In this document: positions 27,308-37,720 of the stretch, in pieces
Numbering within the stretch: position 1 is the first letter of the stretch
Layout: every line of letters starts with the position of its first letter
DNA from: a virus
Lineage: Duplodnaviria; Caudoviricetes
Virus record (IMG/VR): IMGVR_UViG_3300035394_000219
Span: 1-40,483 of that record
Strand: one strand, 5' to 3'
Length of the DNA stretch: 40,483 nucleotides
Notes under the pieces: generated by a model
The model's database searches: none
What the model saw: only the letters and a program-made list of their open reading frames with translations
Told to the model about the DNA's origin: nothing
Made by a program: the position numbers and the translations under genes

Positions 27308-29716
27308 ATGAAAGCAGCAGTAGAACACATATTCACTGGCCCAACCGGATCTATAAGTGGATCATATGATTCAACAAAGACTTTACTAGGTTCACTAATG
27401 AAGCAATATACCGGTAATACATTGGATGAAAAATACGTCAGTACCAACCCATCAGCTATAATAAACCAAGTTGAGGTAGCAGGTCTAGCATATACAATGC
27501 CTCATGTAATCCAATATACTGATGATATTTTCTGGGTATTTGTTACAGCACAAGCACCATCAATCACTCGTAACGTGGGATTATATGAATTTAATAAATT
27601 AACATCCACAATCAGTTGGAAAGGTTTTATCACTATATCAGGAACAACTTTTGCAGGTACAAAAACACCTCGAGGCTTGAGAGGATTCGTATACAAACAC
27701 ACAACGGGTACAGTATCTACTTCGGGAGCATCTACTACCATAACTGGAGATAGTACAGGGTTTCAATCTGAAAGAATAGCCGTTGGAGCTAGAATTGGAT
27801 TTAATACAACCGACCCTAATGACGTAACAACGTGGTATGAAATAACAGCAATTAATAGTAATACAGAATTAGTTATATCATCACCTGTCAATTTATCTCT
27901 ATCTACTACATATGTAATTGAGGAAATTAGAATAGCATTAGCAACAACAAATTCTTTAACTACAATAATAAATGGTGGAGTAACTTTGATTAAAGGATTA
28001 AATTACAATACCTTCACACTAGGTGGTACCACTATCCCAGAGGCATCACTATCAACCCCAACAAATGTAGATAATATTCGAGCTAGTTATTTGTTAAAAG
28101 ATCCATTAATAAATGGAGCACCTCAACAAACCTGCACATTTACATCAGGAACTCCTGGAACTATTAATGTAAATAACCACGGATTAGTAGTTGGAGATTT
28201 GGTTGTATTTACAACAACAGGAACACTTCCCGTAGGTATTACAGCGGCATCAACAATATATTATGTTACACCTACAAATCTAACAACCAATACGTTTACT
28301 GTATCAGTTACATTAGGAGGTGTTATAATTAATATAGCATCAGCTGGAACTGGAATACACACTGTCAACTCATCAACTGCATGGAACCCATGTGGATTAG
28401 GCAGTGATGATTTTATAAGCAATTCTCATCATGATTTATATCTGGTCCACTCAAATAATGCAACAAGTGTTAGAATAATTAAATATAATCTAAGAGCACC
28501 ATTAACAGTTATATCAGGATACTCAACAAGTGCATTTATTTTTAAAACAAATAATCACGCAATAGTAGGAACAGCATCCCAAGTAAATAATGGTAGAATA
28601 TTTACTGCATCTCATGGTGCTGCAAATGGAGTAAAATCACTATGGTTTGTAACAACGAATCGTATATACAGGTGTACATTATCTGGAATAACCCCATTAG
28701 CAACTGGATGGATTAGCGATTTTATGATCGAAATTCCCCCAGGAACTTCTACAACTTACTCTGCACTCTCAACAATGAGCCAGATTGATTACAGTGAGAC
28801 TATTGATAGAATCTTTATTCCAACTACAAGTGGTCGATTTGGGGTATACATAGGTACTTACGATACTACTGGATTAATTCCTTTTGAGAAAATTATAGGT
28901 ACAAATATTAATCGACTAAAACTATCAACAACCCCATCAGGTGCTGTAGATGGTTTATTCCCACAAGCAGCCGTGACTGTATGGACAGAGGGTGGATATA
29001 TGTTTGTAATTCCAAATACTGCAGTTTCTGGTTTAAATTGGTTATATATATTCCCAATAGGAGCTGATAGTACATACGCTGCAAATACCAATCAACGAAT
29101 TATCACACCTAAATTGGCAACTCCAAATGCATCTAAATTGTATAGGGCTTATGTAGATCACGCTGAATATATAGGTGATTATGGATTAGGAATCCAACCA
29201 GAAGCTTATAAATTATATTTTAGAACTTCAGGAATTGATGATAATAGTGGATCGTGGACGGAGGTGGGAAGAAATGGAGATTTAACTTCACAATCTCCAA
29301 ATAACTTTATTCAGTTTATGTTTGAGCTGGATGTTTTAGGAGAGGTATGTGTTCCAACAAAGATATACGGCGTTAGTTGTGTATATGAGGATGGATCTCA
29401 GGATTCTCACTATGAACCTTCATTAACAAAGTCATCTGCGCAGAATAGACAATTTGCATGGAGGCAAACGGCACTTTGGGGAGGAACAATTCCCAACCTA
29501 AGAATGAGGTTATTTAATGTAGCTACTAATACAAATATTTTAGATGACAACATAACTACAAGTGCTTATGGAGTTTGGCAATATTCAACAGATGGTATTT
29601 CTTGGTTAGCATGGGACTCATCAGCGGATGTAATAGGAAATTATATAAGGTATACAGTAGATGGTGGTGTTATTGGAAATTTAATAACGGTGAGAGCCCT
29701 TTTAACACAAAACTAA
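27308..29716 (+). CDS. Large Thr/Ser/Gly-rich virion protein (tail fibre/receptor-binding candidate)
   Basis: 802 aa, beta-rich. GTVSTSGASTTITG and NHGLVVGDLVVFTTTGTLP...YYV modules are typical of phage tail appendages. Confidence 0.65.
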   Translation: MKAAVEHIFTGPTGSISGSYDSTKTLLGSLMKQYTGNTLDEKYVSTNPSAIINQVEVAGLAYTMPHVIQYTDDIFWVFVTAQAPSITRNVGLYEFNKLTSTISWKGFITISGTTFAGTKTPRGLRGFVYKHTTGTVSTSGASTTITGDSTGFQSERIAVGARIGFNTTDPNDVTTWYEITAINSNTELVISSPVNLSLSTTYVIEEIRIALATTNSLTTIINGGVTLIKGLNYNTFTLGGTTIPEASLSTPTNVDNIRASYLLKDPLINGAPQQTCTFTSGTPGTINVNNHGLVVGDLVVFTTTGTLPVGITAASTIYYVTPTNLTTNTFTVSVTLGGVIINIASAGTGIHTVNSSTAWNPCGLGSDDFISNSHHDLYLVHSNNATSVRIIKYNLRAPLTVISGYSTSAFIFKTNNHAIVGTASQVNNGRIFTASHGAANGVKSLWFVTTNRIYRCTLSGITPLATGWISDFMIEIPPGTSTTYSALSTMSQIDYSETIDRIFIPTTSGRFGVYIGTYDTTGLIPFEKIIGTNINRLKLSTTPSGAVDGLFPQAAVTVWTEGGYMFVIPNTAVSGLNWLYIFPIGADSTYAANTNQRIITPKLATPNASKLYRAYVDHAEYIGDYGLGIQPEAYKLYFRTSGIDDNSGSWTEVGRNGDLTSQSPNNFIQFMFELDVLGEVCVPTKIYGVSCVYEDGSQDSHYEPSLTKSSAQNRQFAWRQTALWGGTIPNLRMRLFNVATNTNILDDNITTSAYGVWQYSTDGISWLAWDSSADVIGNYIRYTVDGGVIGNLITVRALLTQN

Positions 29717-29717
29717 T

Positions 29718-29891
29718 ATGTCAGAAGTCTTAACGGATATATTATTTGCAGTAACCGAGTCAATGGTAGGAGTCACATTTACTATAGAACTTCCAATTTC
29801 AGGATCTATAGGAAGTCCAGTTTTAATTGAATCACAGACAGTGTTTTTTGAACTTAAAATTTCTGGTGAAGAAACAATAAGTATAATTTAG
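29718..29891 (+). CDS. 57-aa hypothetical protein (absent from the ORF track)
   Basis: MSEVLTDILFAVTESMVGVTFTIELPISGSIGSPVLIESQTVFFELKISGEETISII; starts 1 nt after the upstream stop. Confidence 0.55.
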   Translation: MSEVLTDILFAVTESMVGVTFTIELPISGSIGSPVLIESQTVFFELKISGEETISII

Positions 29892-29979
29892 AATAAGTAC
29901 CTAGTGTTGTTTTGTATTTACAGAATAAACGCCATATTTATATAAAAATAAATTTGTAATAATAGATTTAATATAATAA

Positions 29980-30642
29980 ATGTCTAATATATTATCCAAA
30001 ACCGGAATAACTACAGGATACTCGGTAGATGCATGGCATATAACACAATCCATTGATGCTTTTACCGGAGATGTAGATTATGATATAAATGTATCCGGTT
30101 CTTTTACCCTAACAGGTAGTCTAAATATTGATGGAAATATGTATGGAAATACTTTAGGTTCTTCATCAACATCTGATAATGCAGATTATTCACTTCAATC
30201 ATATTACTCTTATAATTCTTCAATTGCTGGATTTAATGAATCAGATTTTTTCACATTGCAATTAGTAAAACCAGAAATAGATTTAGCAACTTATACTGAT
30301 TATTATATTGGGGTTGGTGAGTCTGGTGTTGGTTCAAAATATATAGGATTAGTATTACCAATTGATTGTTTTATATTGAGAGCATATATAAGTGCTACCA
30401 CACAGATTACAGGTAGCTCACAACCACCTTCAATTAATTTATTAATAGATGAAACACCACTATTATTAACTGATGTAATTTTAGATTACTCCCAACATTA
30501 TTCATATGGTATTGGGGGTATTTACACATCATATCTAGCTGGTACTCGTATATCTCTTCATATTCAAACTCCACTTTTCACCATATCACCACACAAAGTT
30601 ACACATAATGTAATATTAACAATATTACCATATACTCTATAA
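29980..30642 (+). CDS. Short fibre/adhesin paralog 1
   Basis: Conserved N-terminus ILSKTGI...WHITQSIDAFT...YDI..SGS; variable beta C-terminus. Confidence 0.7.
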   Translation: MSNILSKTGITTGYSVDAWHITQSIDAFTGDVDYDINVSGSFTLTGSLNIDGNMYGNTLGSSSTSDNADYSLQSYYSYNSSIAGFNESDFFTLQLVKPEIDLATYTDYYIGVGESGVGSKYIGLVLPIDCFILRAYISATTQITGSSQPPSINLLIDETPLLLTDVILDYSQHYSYGIGGIYTSYLAGTRISLHIQTPLFTISPHKVTHNVILTILPYTL

Positions 30643-31316
30643 TGAACATACTATCTAACATAGGAATTACTTCTGGAAGTAAAGTTGAAGCATGGCATAT
30701 TACTCAATCAATAGATGCATTCACTGGAGAACAAGAATATGACATATTCCTATCAGGCTCATTAACTATAACAGGAAGTTTAAATTTCACTCAGATTACA
30801 AATGATATATATGGTAATTCTTCAACATCAACCACATCATCTTATTCAACAGTTACCACCAATACCTCTTATGCTTTAACAGCCTCCTCAGCATTTAATC
30901 AAACTATAATTTTAACTTTTACCCACCCTCAAATTAATTTAGAAGCAGATACCAAATATTATATAGGAAATGGAAATATCACAACAACAGGATCATTTAG
31001 TCCATCGGCTAATACACCTACCCCAGCCGGGATGATATGTCCTGTAGATGGAACTATAGTGGGTGCTAGTATAACATCCAATAGTATAATATCTGGATCA
31101 CTTACTTCATTAATTACTTTAGGAATTAATTTATATGATCAAAATTATACATTTGATGAATTCATTTATAATCCATATGTTTATAATAATATACAAGATA
31201 TTGAAATTAATGTAGTAGAGGGGGATATATTAACATTTGAAATTGCAACAAAAACAGGTACTTTACCACAAGCAACAACCCATAATATCCATTTATATAT
31301 TAAATCATACGTATAA
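30642..31316 (+). CDS. Short fibre/adhesin paralog 2
   Basis: Same N-terminus (WHITQSIDAFTG..YDI.LSGSL). Confidence 0.7.
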   Translation: MNILSNIGITSGSKVEAWHITQSIDAFTGEQEYDIFLSGSLTITGSLNFTQITNDIYGNSSTSTTSSYSTVTTNTSYALTASSAFNQTIILTFTHPQINLEADTKYYIGNGNITTTGSFSPSANTPTPAGMICPVDGTIVGASITSNSIISGSLTSLITLGINLYDQNYTFDEFIYNPYVYNNIQDIEINVVEGDILTFEIATKTGTLPQATTHNIHLYIKSYV

Positions 31317-31337
31317 TACCCATTTTTATATTAAATA

Positions 31338-32030
31338 ATGGCAAAAATCTTATCAAAATCTGGAATAATAGATAATAATACTATTAGAACATGGCATGTT
31401 ACTCAATCAATAGATGCATTTACAAATGTAGAGGCATATGATATTACTATATCTGGTTCATTAACCATAATTGGAGACTTAAACCTAGATACAGATCCAA
31501 CAGGAAATCTAATTGGAAATTCAGCACATTCTATATCCTCATCATATTCATTAAATTCATTATCATCACTCCAAGCAAGTTATGCTGATATATCAAATGA
31601 TGTTACAGCATTCCAACTATACCATGGAGTATTTAAATACCCAGAACAATCCAAAGAATATTATTTTGCAATTGATATAGAGCCTATATCTGTTTTATCT
31701 CAATCATTAGATTATGTAGGAACAAATCTCCCAACAAAAGTAACCATAATAAGCGCAAGTTTAACTACAACAATTACAGGAACAACAGGGGGTCCTGATT
31801 TATCTAGATATAAATTAATGCAAGGTTCAACAACATTGTATGATTTTGGATATATTTTATCTCATAATAGTTGGGTCTCATCTATTATAAGAGGAATTAA
31901 TATTGATGTAAACCCATCTAATAATCTTATTTATATGATTTGGGAAACACCAACCAATTGGGATATAGCTCCCACTTTTGTGTCTCATAATTTAGTTTTA
32001 TATTGTACTCGAGGTTATAATCCTGTCTAA
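31338..32030 (+). CDS. Short fibre/adhesin paralog 3
   Basis: Same N-terminus (WHVTQSIDAFT...YDITISGSL). Confidence 0.7.
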   Translation: MAKILSKSGIIDNNTIRTWHVTQSIDAFTNVEAYDITISGSLTIIGDLNLDTDPTGNLIGNSAHSISSSYSLNSLSSLQASYADISNDVTAFQLYHGVFKYPEQSKEYYFAIDIEPISVLSQSLDYVGTNLPTKVTIISASLTTTITGTTGGPDLSRYKLMQGSTTLYDFGYILSHNSWVSSIIRGINIDVNPSNNLIYMIWETPTNWDIAPTFVSHNLVLYCTRGYNPV

Positions 32031-32059
32031 TAATTATAATAAATTAATATAAAAATAAA

Positions 32060-32323
32060 ATGGAAACAGTTACAGAAACCAAAGTTTTAAATCAAGAAGA
32101 ATTTCAAATTTTAAAAACAATTCAAGAAGAAACACAATCATTGATTCTAGAATTAGGTGAAATTGAATTAATTAAAATTCAATTAGAAAATAGAAAAGAA
32201 AAAGCAAAAGAATATTTATCTGAGCTAAATCAAAAAGAACAAGATTTTACACAATCTATATTTCAAAAATATGGTACAATATCAATTAACCCAACTACTG
32301 GGGAAATTAATTTAATTTCCTAA
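32060..32323 (+). CDS. Small coiled-coil protein (possible assembly chaperone)
   Basis: 87 aa helical hairpin, ELGEIEL...KYGTISINPTTGEI. Confidence 0.65.
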   Translation: METVTETKVLNQEEFQILKTIQEETQSLILELGEIELIKIQLENRKEKAKEYLSELNQKEQDFTQSIFQKYGTISINPTTGEINLIS

Positions 32324-32364
32324 TTAATTTAATTGGGTTATTTAATATTTATAAATAAAAAACA

Positions 32365-34461
32365 ATGGCAGAAGAAGTATTATTATCCCCGGGTGTAGCA
32401 TCGATAGAAAATGATCAATCATTAATAACCCAACAACCTATTCAAGCAGGTGCTGCTATTATAGGCCCAACAGTAAAGGGAAGAGTAGGAATCCCTACTA
32501 TAGTAACATCATATAGTGATTATATTAATAAATTTGGATCTACTTTTTTAAGTGGAAGTCAAACATATAGTTATTTTACATCAACATCCGCAAATAACTA
32601 TTTTAGTAATGGAGGTAATACATTATTGGTAACTAGAGTAGCTAGTGGATCATTTACACCTGCTAAATCAACAACTATCCCAACATCAACTGTTGCTACT
32701 AGTGCATCTGTTATATTAAACTTAATAGATATAATGAGTGAAGCAAATTCTGTTGGTTCTAGCTCATTCTCGGTAAATGGAATTACATTTTATTTTACTG
32801 GTTCTAATGAAATTAATACATCTGCAACAATATATATAAATACATCTTCTTTTGCATCATCTACAATTGCAGACTATGCTGTTACTTCTTCTAATATATT
32901 TACTGTTAGCAGTTCTGTAGCACCTTATAATACTTTATTATCATTTATATCATCCGATTCTTCCACACCCAATATAATCTTTACCTATATAGGCTCAAAT
33001 GGTTTTACAGGAAATTCCAACTATATTACATCAGGAAGTACTACAACATATTTTAGTGGAGGTACTAATATGGAAGCATTCATATTAGAGACATTATCTG
33101 AAGGCATTATAATGAATAATACAAGCCCACAAAACCCAGATGGAACTTTACCTTCAGGATCATCAGATAATTTTAGATGGCAAATAGTCTCTCCAAATAT
33201 TGCAAATGGAACATTTTCATTATTAATAAGACAAGGAAATGATTCAACCAACTCACCATCAGTTATAGAAACATGGGGTCCATTATCATTAGATCCCCTA
33301 TCACCTAATTATATTGAGAAAGTAATAGGTAATCAAACAAAAACTGTAGTAAACGATAATGGTGAATATTATATTCAATTAAATGGAAATTTTAATAATC
33401 AATCACGATGTGTTAGAGTTAAACAAGTAAATACTCCAACACCATCATATCTTGATAACTCAGGAGACCCAAAACCACAATATACAGGATCTATCCCTAT
33501 TTTAAGCAGCGGATCATTTGATTCAGCAACAGGAACAAATATTCCTTCTGGAATAGGTAATTACTATGAAAATATAAATGATACTAATACTCAAGGTCTC
33601 CAATCAAGTGATTATATTGAATCAATTTCATTATTATCTAATAAAGATGAGTACAGATATAATTTAATTACAGTACCTGGATTAATTGCAAATTCAACAT
33701 TCCCATCCCATGCATCCGCAATATCATTATTGTTATCTAATTGTCAAAACAATGGTAATTCAATGGCTATAGTAGATATAGCAGGATATGGATCAAATAT
33801 ATTACCCGTAACAACAGCAGCTGTAGCTTTAAATACATCATATGCCGCTACTTATTGGCCTTGGGTTCAAACTATTGACCCAGATACAGCCCAACAAATA
33901 TGGGTACCAGCATCAACATTAATGCCTGGAGTTTATGCTTTTAACGATAATTCAGCTGAGGCATGGTATGCACCAGCGGGTACTAGTAGAGGTGTAATGT
34001 CTAATGTTATACGAGCAGAAAGGTATTTAACTCAAGGAAATAGAGACATATTATATCAATCAAATGTTAATCCAATAGCTACTTTCACAAATTCAGGAGT
34101 AACAGTATTTGGACAAAAAACATTACAAAAGAAAGCAAGTGCTCTTGATCGTGTGAATGTTAGAAGATTATTAATTGAGCTTAAAAATTATATTTCTCAA
34201 ATAGCGGATACATTAGTATTTGAACAAAATACAGTTTCTACACGTAATAACTTTTTACTTCAAGTAAATCCATATTTAGGTTCAATTCAACAAAGAAATG
34301 GTTTATACAGTTTTAAAGTAGTAATGGATGAATCAAATAATACACCAACCACAATAGATAATAATCAATTAGTAGGTGCTATTTATATTCAACCAACAAA
34401 AACCACCGAATTTATTTACTTAACATTTAATGTTACACCAACAGGCGCTCAATTTTCATAA
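32365..34461 (+). CDS. Tail sheath protein 1 (with S/T-rich insertion domain)
   Basis: LSPGV..END.S, AIIGPTVKG, YAATYWPW, WYAPAG..RG, FGQKTL, DRVNVRRLL, VFEQN. Confidence 0.93.
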   Translation: MAEEVLLSPGVASIENDQSLITQQPIQAGAAIIGPTVKGRVGIPTIVTSYSDYINKFGSTFLSGSQTYSYFTSTSANNYFSNGGNTLLVTRVASGSFTPAKSTTIPTSTVATSASVILNLIDIMSEANSVGSSSFSVNGITFYFTGSNEINTSATIYINTSSFASSTIADYAVTSSNIFTVSSSVAPYNTLLSFISSDSSTPNIIFTYIGSNGFTGNSNYITSGSTTTYFSGGTNMEAFILETLSEGIIMNNTSPQNPDGTLPSGSSDNFRWQIVSPNIANGTFSLLIRQGNDSTNSPSVIETWGPLSLDPLSPNYIEKVIGNQTKTVVNDNGEYYIQLNGNFNNQSRCVRVKQVNTPTPSYLDNSGDPKPQYTGSIPILSSGSFDSATGTNIPSGIGNYYENINDTNTQGLQSSDYIESISLLSNKDEYRYNLITVPGLIANSTFPSHASAISLLLSNCQNNGNSMAIVDIAGYGSNILPVTTAAVALNTSYAATYWPWVQTIDPDTAQQIWVPASTLMPGVYAFNDNSAEAWYAPAGTSRGVMSNVIRAERYLTQGNRDILYQSNVNPIATFTNSGVTVFGQKTLQKKASALDRVNVRRLLIELKNYISQIADTLVFEQNTVSTRNNFLLQVNPYLGSIQQRNGLYSFKVVMDESNNTPTTIDNNQLVGAIYIQPTKTTEFIYLTFNVTPTGAQFS

Positions 34462-34585
34462 AATATTTAAGTAGAATATTCAAAAATAACATATATGTTT
34501 CTTTATATGAATATACCTAAATTAATATTAAAAAATGTTTTTGAACAAAAAAACAATATTTATAATAAAATAAACATAATATAAA

Positions 34586-36286
34586 ATGGCAAATTTTCCC
34601 GTATCCCCAGGAGCAACTACAAGTGAAATAGATAACACATTCTTAACAGGGCAACCTGTACAAGCAGGTGCGGCTATTATAGGACCAACAGTAAAAGGAC
34701 CTGTTGAATTACCTACTCTCGTTACTTCTTATGCAGACTATGTAAATAGATTTGGTGATGTTTTAATAAGTGGAAGTGATACATATTCATATTTCACTTC
34801 AATATCAGCTTATAATTACTTTAATAACGGAGGAACATCTTTAATTGTTGCTCGTGTAATATCTGGCTCATATACAGCAGCTACCAGTTCAGTAATTTCA
34901 AATTATTTGAACGTTGCTTCATCTTCATTTACATTACAAACATTATCTGAAGGCATTATAATGAATAGTACTTCACCAGAAGTATCAGGTTCACTAACAT
35001 CAGGAAGTAAAGATAATTTAAGATGGCAGATTACTAACTCTAATACAGCATCAGGAACATTTAATGTTGTTATTAGACAAGGTAATGATAAAAATGTTGC
35101 CCCTACAGTTCTTGAATCTTGGAATAATGTTTCATTAGATCCTAATTCCTCAAGATTTATTTCCAGAGTAATTGGTGATCAAGTTTTAAAATATAATCCA
35201 ACCTCTACTCAAATTGAAGCATCTACAGGTTCATTTCCTAACCAATCAAGATACATACGTGTTATAAATGTAACCCCATTACCAAATTACTTAGATAATA
35301 ACGGAAATCCAGTATCAGAATACACATCATCCATCCCAATCAACGGGACAGGTTCATTTGGAGGTGCTACAGGTACTATAAAAGCCGGAGCTAATTTTTA
35401 TGAAAATATTAACGGAACAAATACACAAGGTTTAGTAGCTGGTAATTATGATAATATGGCTAATCTATTATCTAATAGAGATGATTATCAATTTAACATC
35501 TTATCAACACCCGGATTATATGATACTGATTATTCTTCAACAATTTCAACTATTATAAATAATACACAATTGCGTGGAGATAATTTATATGTAGTTGATT
35601 TAGTAGATTATAGTAGCGGTATAACAGATGCTATTGCTCAAGCACAAACAAGAGACACTTCATATGCAGCTACTTATTGGCCTTGGATTAGAATTGCAGA
35701 CCCAGGAACCGGAAAACAAGTATTCGTACCTGCATCAACTTTACTACCAGGTGTATACGCATATAGCGATAAAGTATCTGCTCCATGGTTCGCACCAGCA
35801 GGTATTAATAGAGGTGGATTATCTACAGTATTGAGAGCTAAAGTAAAATTATCACAAGCTAATAGAGATGATTTATATTCAAATAACATCAACCCAATTG
35901 CAACATTTCCAAGAACCGGAGTATCTGTATTTGGACAAAAAACATTACAAAAAGGTGCTTCAGCATTAGATAGAGTAAATGTTAGACGTTTATTAATTGA
36001 ATTAAAAGCATATATTTCTCAAATAGCAGATACACTAGTATTTGAACAAAACACTATTACAACCAGAAATAACTTCTTGAGTAGAGTAACTCCATATTTA
36101 CAAACTATCCAACAAAAACAAGGTTTATATGCTTTTAAAGTACTTATGGATGATTCAAATAATACTCCTGATATAATTGACAGAAATCAATTAGTAGGAC
36201 AAATATATATCCAACCAGCTAGAACAGCAGAATTTATTGCTATTGACTTTATATTACAACCAACAGGTGCTCAATTCCCAGGATAA
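34586..36286 (+). CDS. Tail sheath protein 2
   Basis: Same sheath motifs (WFAPAGINRG, FGQKTL, RVNVRRLL), 566 aa. Confidence 0.95.
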   Translation: MANFPVSPGATTSEIDNTFLTGQPVQAGAAIIGPTVKGPVELPTLVTSYADYVNRFGDVLISGSDTYSYFTSISAYNYFNNGGTSLIVARVISGSYTAATSSVISNYLNVASSSFTLQTLSEGIIMNSTSPEVSGSLTSGSKDNLRWQITNSNTASGTFNVVIRQGNDKNVAPTVLESWNNVSLDPNSSRFISRVIGDQVLKYNPTSTQIEASTGSFPNQSRYIRVINVTPLPNYLDNNGNPVSEYTSSIPINGTGSFGGATGTIKAGANFYENINGTNTQGLVAGNYDNMANLLSNRDDYQFNILSTPGLYDTDYSSTISTIINNTQLRGDNLYVVDLVDYSSGITDAIAQAQTRDTSYAATYWPWIRIADPGTGKQVFVPASTLLPGVYAYSDKVSAPWFAPAGINRGGLSTVLRAKVKLSQANRDDLYSNNINPIATFPRTGVSVFGQKTLQKGASALDRVNVRRLLIELKAYISQIADTLVFEQNTITTRNNFLSRVTPYLQTIQQKQGLYAFKVLMDDSNNTPDIIDRNQLVGQIYIQPARTAEFIAIDFILQPTGAQFPG

Positions 36287-36308
36287 AAAATTGAAAAATA
36301 ATTTAAAG

Positions 36309-36335
36309 GAGAGTGCAATTTATTGCACTCTTTTT
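36309..36335 (+). terminator. Rho-independent terminator
   Basis: GAGAGTGCAA-TTTA-TTGCACTCTT plus T-run. Confidence 0.85.
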
Positions 36336-36375
36336 GTTTCCTATAATATGCATAATGAACCCCAAACGACATATT

Positions 36376-37054
36376 ATGAAAAAATATACAAAATGTAGCC
36401 AAGAAAAAGAATATTTAAACTTTTATAAAAAAATCATCTAAAGACGGATATAACAATGTTTGTATCCCCTGTAGAATAGAATATAATAGCTCTAAAAAAG
36501 AAAATATTTAATTATATTATCAAGAAAACAAAGAAAAATATTAACATAGTAGTAAAAAGTATTACCAAAATAACCAAGAAAAAATTAAACAAAAAATCAT
36601 CGAATATCAAAAAAAATCCAATAAAAACTAGACAATCCTGTAATAAATGGAAATCTAATAATAAAGAATATTTTAAAATATGGAGGGAAAATAAATGGAA
36701 AAATGATACAAATTATAAGTTAAGAATTTTACTGGGCAATAGATTAAATGAAGTCTTAAAGAAAACAAAACCTATAAAAATAGTAATATTATCCAACTTT
36801 TAAATTGTTATTTAGACGAATTAAAACAACACCTCAAAAATAAATTCATACCAGAAATTAATTGGGATAATCATGGGGTGGTGTGGGAAGTAGATCATAT
36901 AAAATCATGCTTTAAATTTGATATGAATATTGTAGAAGAACAAAAACAGTGTTTTAATTATGTAAATCTTCAACCATTATTTAAAACAACTAAAATAGCA
37001 GAAAGTTTTGGATATACCAACCAAATTGGAAACAGAAATAAAAGTAATAAATAA
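36376..37054 (+). pseudogene. HNH homing endonuclease pseudogene
   Basis: MKKYTKCSQEK...FYK / KDGYNNVCIPC / YYQENKEK repeats / LKQHLKNKF...NWDNHGVVWEVDHIKSC..FD....EQKQCFNYVNLQPLF...NRNKSNK*, with several frameshifts in A-runs and in-frame stops. Confidence 0.85.
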
Positions 37055-37127
37055 TGTTATTTTTCTTATATTTCATATATGTATCATCGATAAATAAACA
37101 TTAAAATAAACATTAAATTACAATATT

Positions 37128-37616
37128 ATGGCTATTCTCGACCCAAATGAGATTTTCTTTACGGCTTTTGAACCAAAACAATCTAATCGCTTTATTCTTT
37201 ATATTGATGGTGTTCCTTCATATATGGTAAAAGGAATGTCAGCTGTTAATTTAGCACAAACTGCAGTTCCTCTTAACCATATTAATGTTCAACGTTTTGT
37301 AAAAGGAAAAACAACTTGGGGTACTATTGATTTCACATTATTTGATCCAATTACACCAAGTGGAGCCCAAGCTGTAATGGAATGGGTACGTTTACATCAT
37401 GAATCCGTAACAGGTAGAGATGGATATTCTGATTTCTATAAGAAAGATTTAACATTCAACGTTGTAGGTCCTGTTGGAGATATTGTTTCAGAATGGGTAG
37501 TTAAAGGAGCAATAATTACTTCAGCTACCTTTGGAGATTATAATTGGGATGATGATGGTACAGCAATTAATATTGCAATGACCGTTCAACCTGATTATTG
37601 TGTTTTGAATTACTAG
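37128..37616 (+). CDS. Tail tube protein (T4 gp19-like)
   Basis: FEPKQSNRF, GKTTW, QAVMEW, YKKD, GAIITSATFGDYNW; follows the sheaths. Confidence 0.9.
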   Translation: MAILDPNEIFFTAFEPKQSNRFILYIDGVPSYMVKGMSAVNLAQTAVPLNHINVQRFVKGKTTWGTIDFTLFDPITPSGAQAVMEWVRLHHESVTGRDGYSDFYKKDLTFNVVGPVGDIVSEWVVKGAIITSATFGDYNWDDDGTAINIAMTVQPDYCVLNY

Positions 37617-37678
37617 CCTGTTAATAATTAACGAGCTACAAAAATAAAATTAAGGATATAGTAATCCGATTGTATTTT

Positions 37679-37720
37679 AATATCCTATTCGCATATGTAT
37701 AATAAAACGAATAGGATATT
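37679..37720 (+). promoter_or_regulatory. Perfect 13-bp inverted repeat enclosing the late-promoter motif
   Basis: AATATCCTATTCG-CATATGTATAATAAAA-CGAATAGGATATT, ending 3 nt before ATG 37724. Confidence 0.75.

Noticed and set aside
29980-32030. DGR or invertible shufflon acting on the fibre paralogs
   Set aside because: No reverse transcriptase, recombinase, adenine-specific TR/VR pair or inverted crossover sites are seen. All copies are complete and co-oriented.
19212-35834. Alternate-frame + strand ORFs 19212-19412, 19545-19763 and 35628-35834
   Set aside because: Nested within the MCP or sheath genes, with composition typical of off-frame reading and no start context.
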